Shown here one piece after another: positions 1-10,451 of a stretch of 64,000 bases of DNA. The position numbers were made by a program, and so were the translations under genes. The notes under the pieces are model-generated. The model did not search any database. It saw only the letters and a program-made list of their open reading frames with translations, and was not told where the DNA came from. Position 1 is the stretch's first letter; each line of letters begins with the position of its first letter. This stretch comes from Rebecca billardiae RCC1528 (lineage: Eukaryota; Protista; Haptophyta): positions 806,001 to 870,000 of the forward strand of contig OZ251242.1 in the NCBI GenBank assembly GCA_965240325.2, written 5' to 3'.

Positions 1-924
1 AGCGACGGTGGTGCCGTGTACTCCTGTGGGAACAATTATTTCGGCCAGCTGGGCCTGGGCGACAAGGAGACGCGCCGTGTCTTCACCGCGCTGGGCATGA
101 GCAGCATGGGGCTCGTCGTGGGCATCGCCGCTGGTGCATACCACAGCCTCGCGCTCACCGCAGCGGGCGGAGTGTACAGCTGGGGATGGAACGAGGACAG
201 CCAGCACGGTCACGGCGACACTGAGCACCGGCTGGAGCCTGTGCGCATCGAGGCGCTGGACGGTGTGCGAGTGGGCGGCATGTCCGCTGGTTACGGGCAC
301 ACGCTGCTGCTGTCGATGGGCGGTGCTGTGTACTCGTGCGGGTGGGGCGTTCCAGGCTGCCTCGGGCATGGCGACCTGCGCACTCTGCGCACGCCGCAGC
401 GCATCGAGGCGCTCGAGGGCGTGCGCGCCGTGCACGTGAGCGCGGGCGAGAATCACAGCCTGGTGGTGGATGCCACAGGCGGAGTGCACTCGTTCGGGTG
501 GGGGGATTCTGGTCGCCTTGGCCATGGTGACGAGTCCGCCACACTCGTGCCCAGGCGCATCGAGGCGCTGCAGGGCGTGCGCATCGTGCGCGCCTGCGCA
601 GGCTGTGATTGCAGCGCGGTGATGGGCGCGGACGGCAGCGTGTACACGTTTGGCTACAACGAGCGCGGCCAGCTTGGCATCGGCTTAGCTGGTGCAGATC
701 AGCTGCTTCCGGTGCGCGTGCACGCCCCAGCGCACGGCCAGCTGGTGGACTGCTTTCTCGAGGACGGCCAGGCGCTTTGGATCACGTCGGGTTGCGTTGC
801 GCTCTCGTGTGGCAGGCAGTCTGCAGCGCTCGGCCACGGTGTGAGCTTTGACGACGGGATGGACGACCTCGTCTGTCCTGCGCGGATTGCGCAGCTGCCA
901 CCCCTGCGGCGCCGGGGTGCGTAG
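1..924 (+). CDS. RCC1-repeat array gene, copy 0 (5'-truncated by window edge)
   Basis: Open frame from base 1 with RCC1 blades (GxNxxGQLGLGD, IAAGxxHSLAL, VYSWG); same C-terminus LPPLRRRGA* as the other copies. Confidence 0.9.
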   Translation, partial: SDGGAVYSCGNNYFGQLGLGDKETRRVFTALGMSSMGLVVGIAAGAYHSLALTAAGGVYSWGWNEDSQHGHGDTEHRLEPVRIEALDGVRVGGMSAGYGHTLLLSMGGAVYSCGWGVPGCLGHGDLRTLRTPQRIEALEGVRAVHVSAGENHSLVVDATGGVHSFGWGDSGRLGHGDESATLVPRRIEALQGVRIVRACAGCDCSAVMGADGSVYTFGYNERGQLGIGLAGADQLLPVRVHAPAHGQLVDCFLEDGQALWITSGCVALSCGRQSAALGHGVSFDDGMDDLVCPARIAQLPPLRRRGA

Positions 925-1222
925 CACTCGGTGCGCGGTGGCGCGACGGGGCCAAGTCGCAACCGGCCGGCGCGTGCTCGCGGCAGCCGCCGATGGAGAC
1001 GCAGGCGGCGTGTGACGCACGCGAGATGTGTAGTGATGTCTCTGAGCAAACGCGGGTGCTCCGTGCTCCGGCTGCCCGAGTGTCAGGCAACAGCACATAA
1101 CAATGATGCACGCCTTACTACCCTATCAATACTACTACGATACAATCGTAGTCGACGAAATCCGCCGCGCAACGGTCATCGTGAGCACAACGAGGGACGC
1201 GCGCAGGCGAGCTCCGGACGAC

Positions 1223-3055
1223 ATGGAGCCCTCGCGCAAGCGCCCAGCGCTCGCGGACGACGGCGCCGCCGCCGCGTCCCCGGTCTTCGAGGTGCCGTGC
1301 GCGCTATGCGGCGATCGTATTGGCAGCCAGCCTTGGGCGCAGCTCGCGTGCGGCGACGAGCACGTCGCGCACAACGTGTGCCTCTTCCAGCGCGCGCTCG
1401 CGTCCGAGCGCTGCGTCGTGCGGTGCGGCCGGCCGGGGTGCAAGCGCGTGACGAAGGCGGCGTCGGCGAGGACGCAATACGACGGCATTCACGAGCTCGG
1501 CTCTTGGCGGCATATCGACGTGGCGACGTGCACCGGTTGCGCCGCGCTGGATGGGTCGACCGCCATGCAGCGCGAGCCGCCTCCCAGCGACACTGCGGCA
1601 ACGCCGACGATGACAGCTGGACTCACGCTGTGCGACCTGCCGACGGACGTGGTCTCGCGCATCCTCGGCTGGCTCGAGTGCGTGCATGATCTGGCGAGTG
1701 CTAACGCCACGTCGCGCCTCTTCCGCGGCGCGCCCGGCGAACGCTCGCCGGTGGAGCACGCGCTGCGCGAGCGCGCGCGGCGGCGCGGGCACGAGGGCGC
1801 GCTGCCGGCGGCTCTCCCCACTGGCGCGTGCTCGTGGAGGGCGGAGCTGTTCGCGCGCGAGCGTGTGCTGGAGCACGCGGATGCGTATGCGTGCGTGGCC
1901 GTATGCGGCAGCCAAGTCAATGTGCATTGTGCGCTCAGCGCGTTCGTGGATGCATCGGGCGGGCTGCACACGTGCGGTGAGGAGTCTGGTGAGGCGGGGC
2001 TGTGCGCGCCCGCTGCGCTGGGCCATCCGGAGCTGCGCGGCTCAGCCGTCCTCGTGCCGACGCGCGTGGTATCGCTCTCGGCGGTGTGCATGCGTGCGGT
2101 GGCTGCTGGCTATCGACACCTGCTCGCGCTGAGCGACGGTGGTGCCGTGTACGCATGCGGTGAGAATCACCACGGCCAGCTGGGCCTGGGCGACAAGGAG
2201 ACGCGCAGTGTCTTCACCGCGCTGGGCGTAAGCAGCATGGGGCTCGTCGTGGGCATCGCCGCTGGTGGGTCCCACAGCCTCGCGCTCACTGCAGCGGGCG
2301 GTGTGTACAGCTGGGGATGGAACGAGGACAGCCAGCTCGGCCATGGCGACAGTGAGAACCGGCTGGAGCCTGTGCGCATCGAGGCGCTGGACGGCGTGCG
2401 CGTGGGCGGCATGTGCGCGGGCTGGAAGCACACGCTGCTGCTGTCGATGGGCGGTGCCGTGTACTCGTGCGGTGTCGGCGAAGCAGGCGGCCTCGGGCAT
2501 GGCGACGAGCGCACTCTGCGCATGCCGCAGCGCATCGAGGCGCTGGAGGGCGTGCGCGCCGTGCATGTGAGCGCTGGTGATGATCATAGTTTGGTGGTGG
2601 ACGCCACGGGCGGTGTGCACTCGTTCGGGTCTGGCTTGTTGGGCTGCCTTGGTCATGGTGACGACTCCGACGCACTCGTGCCTAGGCGCATCGAGGCGCT
2701 GCAGGGCGTGCGCATCGTGCGCGCCAGCGCGGGCAGCCAGTGCAGCGCGGTGATGGGCGTGGACGGCAGCGTGTACACCTTTGGCGACAACACAAGCGGC
2801 GAGCTCGGCATCGGCTCAGCTGGTGCAGATCAGCTGCTTCCGGTGCGCGTGCACGCCCCAGCGCATGGCCAGCTGGTGGAGTGCTTTCTCGATTACCGCC
2901 AGGCGCTTTGGGTCGCGTCAGACGGCAGCGCGTACTCGTGTGGCAGGCAGTCTGCAGCGCTCGGCCGCGGTGTGATCTCTGACGACGGGATGGACGACCT
3001 CATCTCACCTGCGCGGATTGCGCAGCTGCCACCCTTGCGGCGCCGGGGTGCGTAG
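1223..3055 (+). CDS. RING-like/F-box-like/RCC1-repeat protein, copy 1
   Basis: MEPSRK start shared with paralogues; CxxC..C-x3-H-x2-H-x2-C..C-x4-C cluster; LCDLPTDVVSRILGWL F-box-like motif; RCC1 repeats. Confidence 0.9.
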   Translation: MEPSRKRPALADDGAAAASPVFEVPCALCGDRIGSQPWAQLACGDEHVAHNVCLFQRALASERCVVRCGRPGCKRVTKAASARTQYDGIHELGSWRHIDVATCTGCAALDGSTAMQREPPPSDTAATPTMTAGLTLCDLPTDVVSRILGWLECVHDLASANATSRLFRGAPGERSPVEHALRERARRRGHEGALPAALPTGACSWRAELFARERVLEHADAYACVAVCGSQVNVHCALSAFVDASGGLHTCGEESGEAGLCAPAALGHPELRGSAVLVPTRVVSLSAVCMRAVAAGYRHLLALSDGGAVYACGENHHGQLGLGDKETRSVFTALGVSSMGLVVGIAAGGSHSLALTAAGGVYSWGWNEDSQLGHGDSENRLEPVRIEALDGVRVGGMCAGWKHTLLLSMGGAVYSCGVGEAGGLGHGDERTLRMPQRIEALEGVRAVHVSAGDDHSLVVDATGGVHSFGSGLLGCLGHGDDSDALVPRRIEALQGVRIVRASAGSQCSAVMGVDGSVYTFGDNTSGELGIGSAGADQLLPVRVHAPAHGQLVECFLDYRQALWVASDGSAYSCGRQSAALGRGVISDDGMDDLISPARIAQLPPLRRRGA

Positions 3056-3391
3056 CTGACTCGGTGCGCGGTGCCGGTGGCGCGGGGCCAAGTCGCAACC
3101 GGCTGGCGCGTGCTCGTGGCAGCCGCCGATGGAGACGCAGGCGCGGCGCGTGACGGCACGTGAGCCGTGTATCAATAGTGACGTCAGTGCTCAAGCAAAC
3201 GCGGGTGCTCTGGCTGCCCGAGTAGGCAACAGCACACTGGACGATGATGAACGCCTTACCCCCATAGGCATACGGTTTATAATGCTTATGCTGTACCCGC
3301 CTATCAAAGAGTAGTACAATCGACGAAATCCGCCGCCCAAGCCGAAGGGGATCGTGATCACAACGACCGCGCGCGAGCTCGGGACGACAGC

Positions 3392-5227
3392 ATGATGGAG
3401 CCCTCGCGCAAGCGCTCAGCGCTCGCGGGCGACGGCGCCGCCGCCGCGTCCCCGGTCTTCGATGAGCCGTGCGCACTGTGCGGCGATCGTATTGGCAGCC
3501 AGCCATGGGCGCAGCTCGCGTGCGGCGACGAGCACGTCGCGCACAACGTGTGCCTCTTCCAGCGCGCGCTCGTGTCCGAGCGCTGCGTCGTGCGGTGCGG
3601 CCGGCCGGGGTGCAAGCGCGCGACGAAGGCGGCGTCGGCGAGGACGCAGTTCGACGGCATTCACGAGCTCGGCTCTTGGCGGCATGTCGATGTGGCGACG
3701 TGCACGGGCTGCTCTGCGCCCAACGGGGCGACAGGCGTGCAGCGCGAGCCGCCGCCCAGCCACACGGCGGCAGCACCAACAGAGACGGCAGGCCTCACGC
3801 TGTGTGACCTGCCGACGGACGCGATCTCGCGTATCCTCGGCTGGCTCGAGTGCGCGCATGATCTGGCGCGTGCCAACGCCACGTCGCGCCTCTTCCGCGG
3901 CGCGCCCGGCGAACGCTCGCCGGTGGAGCACGCGCTGCGCGAGCGCGCGCGGCGGCGCGGGCACGAGGGCGCGCTGCCGGCGGCTCTCCCCACGGGCGCG
4001 TGCTCGTGGCGTGCGGAGCTGTTCGCGCGCGAGCGTGTGCTGGAGCACGTGGATGCGCATGCGTGCGTGGCAGTATGCGGCAGCCAAGCCGATGTGCAAA
4101 GTGCGATCAGCGCGTTCGTGGATGGATCGGGCGGGCTGCACACGTGCGGTGAGGAGTCTGGTGAGACCGGGCTGTGCGCGCCCGCTGCGCTGGGCCATCC
4201 GGAGCTGCGCAACTCAGCCGTCCTCGTGCCGACGCGCGTGGCATCGCTCTCGGCGGTGCGCATGCGTGCGGTGGCTGCTGGCTATGGTCACCTGCTCGCG
4301 CTGAGCGACGGTGGTGCCGTGTACGCGTGCGGTGAGAATTATTACGGCCAGCTGGGCCTGGGCGACAAGGAGACGCGCAGTGTCTTTACCGCGCTGGGCA
4401 TGAGCAGCATGGGGCTCGTCGTGGGCATCGCCGCTGGTGGGTCCCACAGCCTCGCGCTCACTGCAGCGGGCGGTGTGTACAGCTGGGGATGGAACCAGGA
4501 CAGCCAGCTCGGCCATGGCGACAGTGAGAACCGGCTGGAGCCTGTGCGCATCGAGGCGCTGGACGGTGTGCGCATGGGCGGCATGTGCGCTGGCTGGAAG
4601 CACACGCTGCTGCTGTCGATGGGCGGTGCCGTGTACTCGTGCGGTGTCGGCGAAGCAGGCCGCCTCGGGCATGGCGACGAGCGCACTCTGCGCATGCCGC
4701 AGCGCATCGAGGCGCTGGAGGGCGTGCGCGCCGTGCACGTGAGCGCTGGTGATGATCATAGTTCGGTGGTGGATGCCACGGGCGGTGTGCACTCGTTTGG
4801 GAAGGACATTGGTGGTTGCCTTGGTCATGGTGACGACTCCGACGCACTCGTGCCTAGGCGCATCGAGGCGCTGCAGGACGTGCGCATCGTGCGCGCCAGC
4901 GCGGGCTGCCAGTGCAGCGCGGTGATGGGCGCGGACGGCAGCGTGTACACGTTTGGCTCCAACGACCACGGCCAGCTCGGCATCGGCTCAGCCGGTGCGA
5001 ATCAGCTGCTTCCGGTGTGCGTGCACGCCCCAGCGCACGGCCAGCTGGTGGACTGCTTTCTCGATTACCGCCAGGCGCTTTGGATCACGTCGGATTGCGT
5101 TGCGCTCTCGTGTGGCAGGCAGTCTGCAGCGCTCGGCCACGGTGTGAGCTCTGTCGACGGGATGGACGACCTCATCTCACCTGCACGGATTGCGCAGCTG
5201 CCGCCCCTGCGGCGCCGGGGTGCGTAG
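3392..5227 (+). CDS. RING-like/F-box-like/RCC1-repeat protein, copy 2 (B-type N-terminus)
   Basis: Intact 611-aa ORF, same architecture. Confidence 0.9.
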   Translation: MMEPSRKRSALAGDGAAAASPVFDEPCALCGDRIGSQPWAQLACGDEHVAHNVCLFQRALVSERCVVRCGRPGCKRATKAASARTQFDGIHELGSWRHVDVATCTGCSAPNGATGVQREPPPSHTAAAPTETAGLTLCDLPTDAISRILGWLECAHDLARANATSRLFRGAPGERSPVEHALRERARRRGHEGALPAALPTGACSWRAELFARERVLEHVDAHACVAVCGSQADVQSAISAFVDGSGGLHTCGEESGETGLCAPAALGHPELRNSAVLVPTRVASLSAVRMRAVAAGYGHLLALSDGGAVYACGENYYGQLGLGDKETRSVFTALGMSSMGLVVGIAAGGSHSLALTAAGGVYSWGWNQDSQLGHGDSENRLEPVRIEALDGVRMGGMCAGWKHTLLLSMGGAVYSCGVGEAGRLGHGDERTLRMPQRIEALEGVRAVHVSAGDDHSSVVDATGGVHSFGKDIGGCLGHGDDSDALVPRRIEALQDVRIVRASAGCQCSAVMGADGSVYTFGSNDHGQLGIGSAGANQLLPVCVHAPAHGQLVDCFLDYRQALWITSDCVALSCGRQSAALGHGVSSVDGMDDLISPARIAQLPPLRRRGA

Positions 5228-5429
5228 CACTCGGTGCGCGGTGGCGCGGGGCCAAGTCGCAACCGGCCGGCGCGTGCTCGCGGCAGCCGCCGATGGAGAC
5301 GCAGGCGGCGCGTGACGGCACGCGAGCCGTGTAGTGATGTCTGTGAGCAAACGCGGGTGCTCCGTGCTCCGGCTGCCCGAGTGTCAGGCAACAGCACATA
5401 ACAATGATGCACGCCTTACCCCAATCAAT

Positions 5430-6754
5430 GGTTGTATAACCGCTCGGTTATGCGGGTATAACTCACCGGTAGCCCTCATGAGGGCGGGCTGGCAGCCAGG
5501 GTCCGGCTGCCTGGAGGTTTTCCGGTCGTCAAGCCGAGCCAGGCCCGGATTGGGCGCGGGCCTGGATTGGCTCAGCAGCTTGGCAAGCCATGCGCGTCTG
5601 GGTGCGGCCGCGCTCGCTGGCTGCACCCGCGGCGCGGCGGCCGGCGTGGCTGCTCTGGTCACCGCTGCGCTGGTGGCTGCTCCTCCTCTGGGAGTTGTTT
5701 CTTCCAGGTGCGTGTGCGTCGGCGGTAGGCCGCCCTCAGCCCTCGCTCTCTCCACTCGTGCACCTGCCCTGCTTGCTCTCTGCTTTCGATGGGGGCGCCT
5801 CGGAGCCGCTTCGAGGCGTCCCCGTCTGCAATCTTCTCATGCTCTATCTGCTTTCGATGGGGGCGCCTCGGAGCCGCTTCGAGGCGTCCCCGTCTGCAAT
5901 CTATCTTCTCATGCTCTGCTTTCGATGGGGGCGCCTCGGAACCGCTTCGAGGCGTCCCCGTCTGCAATCTTCTCATGCTCTGCTTTCAATGGGGGCGCCT
6001 CGGAACCGCTTCGAGGCGTCCCCGTCTGCAATCTTCTCATGCTCTGCTTTCGATGGGGGCGCCTGGGAACCGCTCCCAGGCGTCCCCGTCTGCAATCTTC
6101 TCACGCTTCGCAGTCTCGCTTGCCTTCATCGCCTGGCGGGTGGGTGCTGCTCTCTCCTTCTCTGCCGCCTCCTCTGCAGTCTGCCGTGCACTGCTGTGTG
6201 TGGGATGCGACCTGCTACCTTATCTGACGCTACGCGTGCGTGTCTCGCGCCTGCTTCCCGCCTGCGCCGCCGCCGCCGCGCATGTTTTCGTGCCCACTGT
6301 CTCATGCCGTCTGGATCGTCCTTACTCATACAACCCTGCGGGGAGCCCCTCTGGGCCTCTGCCGCCTTCGGTCCTCGCGCTACCCCTTCGGCGGCCTCGG
6401 CCTCTTCGGGCCCCCGGCCACCACCCCTGCGGGGTGTGGCATTCCACACCTCCTTCTGGGTGGAGGCCCTCGAGGCCTCTGCCTCCTGCGGCGCCGCGCT
6501 CTGCCCAAACTTGCGTTGGGGGGGGGCGTCGGCTGCCAGCGCCTGCGGTCTACGTGCTCCATCGAGTACTTCCTCTTCGGCGTCTAGGCGGTCATCGGCT
6601 TCTGTCGGCGTAGTTGCTCGAATGCATCGGCGAGTCCTTCCTGGTCGGCGTCGCATCCTGGACGGCTTCGGGGGTGTGACCTAGTCACCTCACGCGTTTA
6701 TCAACGCGGCCCCCACCTCAATCTACTCTCATGTGGGTCTACCGAGTGAGTTAT
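5430..6754 (-). mobile_element. Non-autonomous element with asymmetric subterminal inverted repeats and terminal hairpin (Helentron/HINE-like), long copy
   Basis: Absent from other spacers; hairpin ATAACCG-CT-CGGTTAT at 5436-5451; imperfect IR 5458-5482 vs 6728-6754; internal tandem repeats; no clear TSD. Strand inferred from the HINE convention. Confidence 0.65.
5775..6107. repeat. Five 64/68-bp tandem repeats, each a strong hairpin
   Basis: TGCTTTC(G/A)ATGGGGGCGCCT units at 5781, 5849, 5917, 5981, 6045. Confidence 0.9.
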
Positions 6755-7387
6755 GGTTGTATAACCGCTCGGTTATGCGGGTATAACTCACCGGTAGCCC
6801 TCATGAGGGCGGGCTGGCAGCCAGGGTCCGGCTGCCTGGAGGTTTTCCGGTCGTCAAGCCGAGCCAGGCCCGGATTGGGCGCGGGCCTGGATTGGCTCAG
6901 CAGCTTGGCAAGCCATGCGCGTCTGGGTGCGGCCGCGCTCGCTGGCTGCACCCGCGGCGCGGCGGCCGGCGTGGCTGCTCTGGTCACCGCTGCGCTGGTG
7001 GCTGCTCCTCCTCTGGGAGTTGTTTCTCCCTGCCCTCCCACCCTGCTGGTTGCTGGGTGGGCATGGCCTTGGGTGCGCGCGGTGTCGGGGGGGTGGAGGC
7101 CCTCGAGGCCTCTGCCTCCTGCGGCGCCGCGCTCTGCCCAAACTTGCGTTGGGGGGGGGCGTCGGCTGCCAGCGCCTGCGGTCTACGTGCTCCATCGAGT
7201 ACTTCCTCTTCGGCGTCTAGGCGGTCATCGGCTTCTGTCGGCGTAGTTGCTCGAATGCATCGGCGAGTCCTTCCTGGTCGGCGTCGCATCCTGGACGGCT
7301 TCGGGGGTGTGACCTAGTCACCTCACGCGTTTATCAACGCGGCCCCCACCTCAATCTACTCTCATGTGGGTCTACCGAGTGAGTTAT
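6755..7387 (-). mobile_element. Second, internally deleted tandem copy of the same element
   Basis: Both ends match copy 1; the centre (about 5703-6458 equivalent) is replaced by about 65 bp of different sequence. Confidence 0.7.
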
Positions 7388-7481
7388 ACTACTACTACGA
7401 TACAATCGTAGTCGACGAAATCCGCCGCCCAACGGTCATCGTGAGCACACGACCGCGCGCGCAAGGCGAGCTCCGGACGAC

Positions 7482-9311
7482 ATGGAGCCCTCGCGCAAGC
7501 GCTCGCTCGCGGACGACGGCGCCGCCGCCGCGTCCCCGGTCTTCGAGGTGCCGTGCGCGCTGTGCGGCGATCGTATTGGCAGCCAGCCGTGGGCGCAGCT
7601 CGCGTGCGGCGACGAGCACGTCGCGCACAACGTGTGCCTCTTCCAGCGCGCGCTCGCGTCCGAGCGCTGCGTCGTGCGGTGCGGCCGGCCGGGGTGCAAG
7701 CGCGTGACGAAGGCGGCGTCGGCGAGGACGCTATACGACGGCATTCACGAGCTCGGCTCTTGGCGGCATGTCGATGTGGCGACGTGCACCGGCTGCGCCG
7801 CGCTGGATGGGTCGACCGCCATGCAGCGCGAGCCGCCTCCCAGCGACACTGCGGCAACGCCGACGATGACAGCTGGACTCACGCCGTGCGACCTGCCGAC
7901 GGACGTGGTCTCGCGCATCCTCGGCTGGCTCGAGTGCGCGCATGATCTGGCGCGTGCTAACGCCACGTCGCGCCTCTTCCGCGGCGCGCCCGGCGAACGC
8001 TCGCCGGTGGAGCACGCGCTGCTCGAGCGCGCGCGGCAGCGCGGGCATGAGGGCGCGCTGCCGGCGGTTCTCCCCGCGGGCGCGTGCTCGTGGCGGGCGG
8101 AGCTGTTCGCGCGCGAGCGTGTGCTGGAGCACGCGTATGCGCATGCGTGCGTGGCCGTATGCGGCTGCGATTTCGATGTGCAAAGTGCGCTCAGCGCGTT
8201 TGTGGATGCATCGGGCGGGCTGCACACGTGCGGTGAGGAGTCTGGTGAGGCGGGGCTGTGCGCGCCCGCTGCGCTGGGCCATCCGGAGCTGCGCGGCTCA
8301 GCCGTCCTCGTGCCGACGCGCGTGGCATCGCTCTCGGCGGTATGCATGCGTGCGGTGGCTGCTGGCTATCGACACCTGCTCGCGCTGAGCGACTGTGGTG
8401 CCGTGTACGCATGCGGTGAGAATCACCACGGCCAGCTGGGCCTGGGCGACAAGGAGGCGCGCCGTGTCTTCACCGCGCTGGGCATGAGCAGCATGGGGCT
8501 CGTCGTGGGCATCGCCGCTGGTGCATACCACAGCCTCGCGCTCACTGCAGCGGGCGGTATGTACAGCTGGGGATTGAACCACAGCGGCCAGCTCGGCCAC
8601 GGCGACACTGAGTACCGGCTGGAGCCTGTGCGCATCGAGGCGCTGGACGGCGTGCGCGTGGGCGGCATGTCCGCGGGCTGGGGGCACACGCTGCTGCTGT
8701 CGATGGGCGGTGCGGTGTACTCGTGCGGTGTCGGCGACGCAGGCCGCCTCGGGCATGGCGACCAGCGCACTCTGCGCACGCCGCAGCGCATCGAGGCGCT
8801 AGAGGGCGTGCGCGCCGTGCACGTGAGCGCGGGCGAGAATCACAGCCTGGTGGTGGATGCCACAGGCGGTGTGCACTCGTTCGGGTGTGGGGATTGCGGT
8901 TGCCTTGGCCATGGTGACACCTCCGACACACTCGTGCCCAGGCGCATCGAGGCGCTGCAGGGCGTGCGCATCGTGCGCGCCTGCGCAGGCTGTGATTGCA
9001 GCGCGGTGATGGGCGCGGACGGCAGCGTGTACACGTTTGGCTACAACGAGCGCGGCCAGCTTGGCATCTTCTTAGCTGGTGCAGATCAGCTGCTTCCGGT
9101 GCGCGTGCACGCCCCAGCGCATGGCCAGCTGGTGGAGTGCTTTCTCGACTGGCGCCAGGCGCTTTGGGTCGCGTCAGACGGCAGCGCGTACTCGTGTGGC
9201 AGGCAGTCTGCAGCGCTCGGCCACGGTGTGATCTCTGACGACGGGATGGACGACCTCATCTCACCTGCGCGGATTGCGCAGCTGCCACCCTTGCGGCGCC
9301 GGGGTGCGTAG
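7482..9311 (+). CDS. RING-like/F-box-like/RCC1-repeat protein, copy 3
   Basis: Intact 609-aa ORF, same architecture. Confidence 0.9.
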   Translation: MEPSRKRSLADDGAAAASPVFEVPCALCGDRIGSQPWAQLACGDEHVAHNVCLFQRALASERCVVRCGRPGCKRVTKAASARTLYDGIHELGSWRHVDVATCTGCAALDGSTAMQREPPPSDTAATPTMTAGLTPCDLPTDVVSRILGWLECAHDLARANATSRLFRGAPGERSPVEHALLERARQRGHEGALPAVLPAGACSWRAELFARERVLEHAYAHACVAVCGCDFDVQSALSAFVDASGGLHTCGEESGEAGLCAPAALGHPELRGSAVLVPTRVASLSAVCMRAVAAGYRHLLALSDCGAVYACGENHHGQLGLGDKEARRVFTALGMSSMGLVVGIAAGAYHSLALTAAGGMYSWGLNHSGQLGHGDTEYRLEPVRIEALDGVRVGGMSAGWGHTLLLSMGGAVYSCGVGDAGRLGHGDQRTLRTPQRIEALEGVRAVHVSAGENHSLVVDATGGVHSFGCGDCGCLGHGDTSDTLVPRRIEALQGVRIVRACAGCDCSAVMGADGSVYTFGYNERGQLGIFLAGADQLLPVRVHAPAHGQLVECFLDWRQALWVASDGSAYSCGRQSAALGHGVISDDGMDDLISPARIAQLPPLRRRGA

Positions 9312-9577
9312 CTGACTCGGTGCGCGGTGCCGGTGGCGCGGGGCCAAGTCGCAACCGTGAACCGGCTGGCGCGTGCTCGTGGCAGCCGCCGATGGAGACG
9401 CAGGCGCGGCGCGTGACGGCACGTGAGCCGTGTATCATAGTGACGTCAGTGCTCAAGCAAACGCGGGTGCTCTGGCTGCCCGAGTAGGCAACAGCACACT
9501 GGACGATGATGAACGCCTTACCCCCATAGGCATACGGTTTATAATGCTTATGCTGTACCCGCCTATCAAAGAGTAGT

Positions 9578-10371
9578 TTTAAATTCCCCTTTATTATAAC
9601 GGGCTCCGGGTGATCAGGCTGGCGGCCGAAGCCTCCAGCCCTACCCTGGCCAGCCCCCAACCAACCACCACCCTCACCCAACCTCAAACCACTGACCGAG
9701 ACACCTAGTGTCTTGACACCACTCCACTGTGGACAGCCCGCCTCCAGAGGGGGCGGGGGTATGCCATTGCCAACAGCATACGAGCCCAACACTGTGGGGT
9801 GGTCCCAGGTACAAGCAGTGTACGGCCTTGCAATTCAAGATCATCGAGTTTGAGCCGAGTCGGCAGCAGGGGCACCCCCTAGGGTGCCCCAGTGTGGGCA
9901 GAGGGCCAGCCACTAGCCGATCCCTGCGCGGGGAAGGGAACTGAGGGGACTGTCATCGAGCCCAGTAGCTGGGCAGGGGTCTGGGCCACTGGCCCTGGCA
10001 GCGAGGCGCCTGTATTTCACTCGTGCAGCTATGGAGGCAGAGGGGGTCATGTCAGACATGTGTGCTACATCGGGCATCAAGTCCGGGCGCGGGCCGCTGT
10101 AGGAAGCAAGCAAAGTGGTGGCGATGGCTAATACGCCTGGGGAGGTGTCGTTCGCTCGCCTCCGTTCCTGCTGCGCTGTGCAGGGGGTAGCGTGCTCCGC
10201 TGCGGCACATTTGCCTGGCGGGGTGGGCAGTGTCGTTTGGGCGGAGGGCTGTCCTGCTGCGCTTGACTAGGAGGAGGCAGCCCGCGCCTGGGGGCTGCCG
10301 GTGGCCTGGCAGAGCCAGCAGGCGGCTGTGCGGCCTGCTGTCCCGTGTCTGACTGTGTAAGGTCGCTATGA
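9578..10371 (-). mobile_element. 794-bp insertion with TAGT target duplication (possible retroelement-derived fragment)
   Basis: Empty site GAGTAGTACAAT at 3309-3320; TAGT at 9574-9577 and 10372-10375; minus-strand AATAAA at 9590-9595 near one end; no recognisable ORF. Confidence 0.65.
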
Positions 10372-10451
10372 TAGTACAATCGACGAAATCCGCCGCCCAA
10401 GCCGAAGGGGATCGTGATCACAACGACCGCGCGCGAGCTCGGGACGACAGC

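Noticed and set aside
1103-1222. Upstream ATG extensions of array genes (1103, 10368)
   Set aside because: Not conserved across copies and they span the insertion hotspot; the MEPSRK start is shared
5775-6107. CRISPR-like palindromic repeat array
   Set aside because: Units are contiguous with no unique spacers, there are no cas genes, and the context is eukaryotic
5334-7317. Several 170-360 aa ORFs inside the tandem element
   Set aside because: No transposase, Rep or RT motifs; products mirror the repeats and the high GC content
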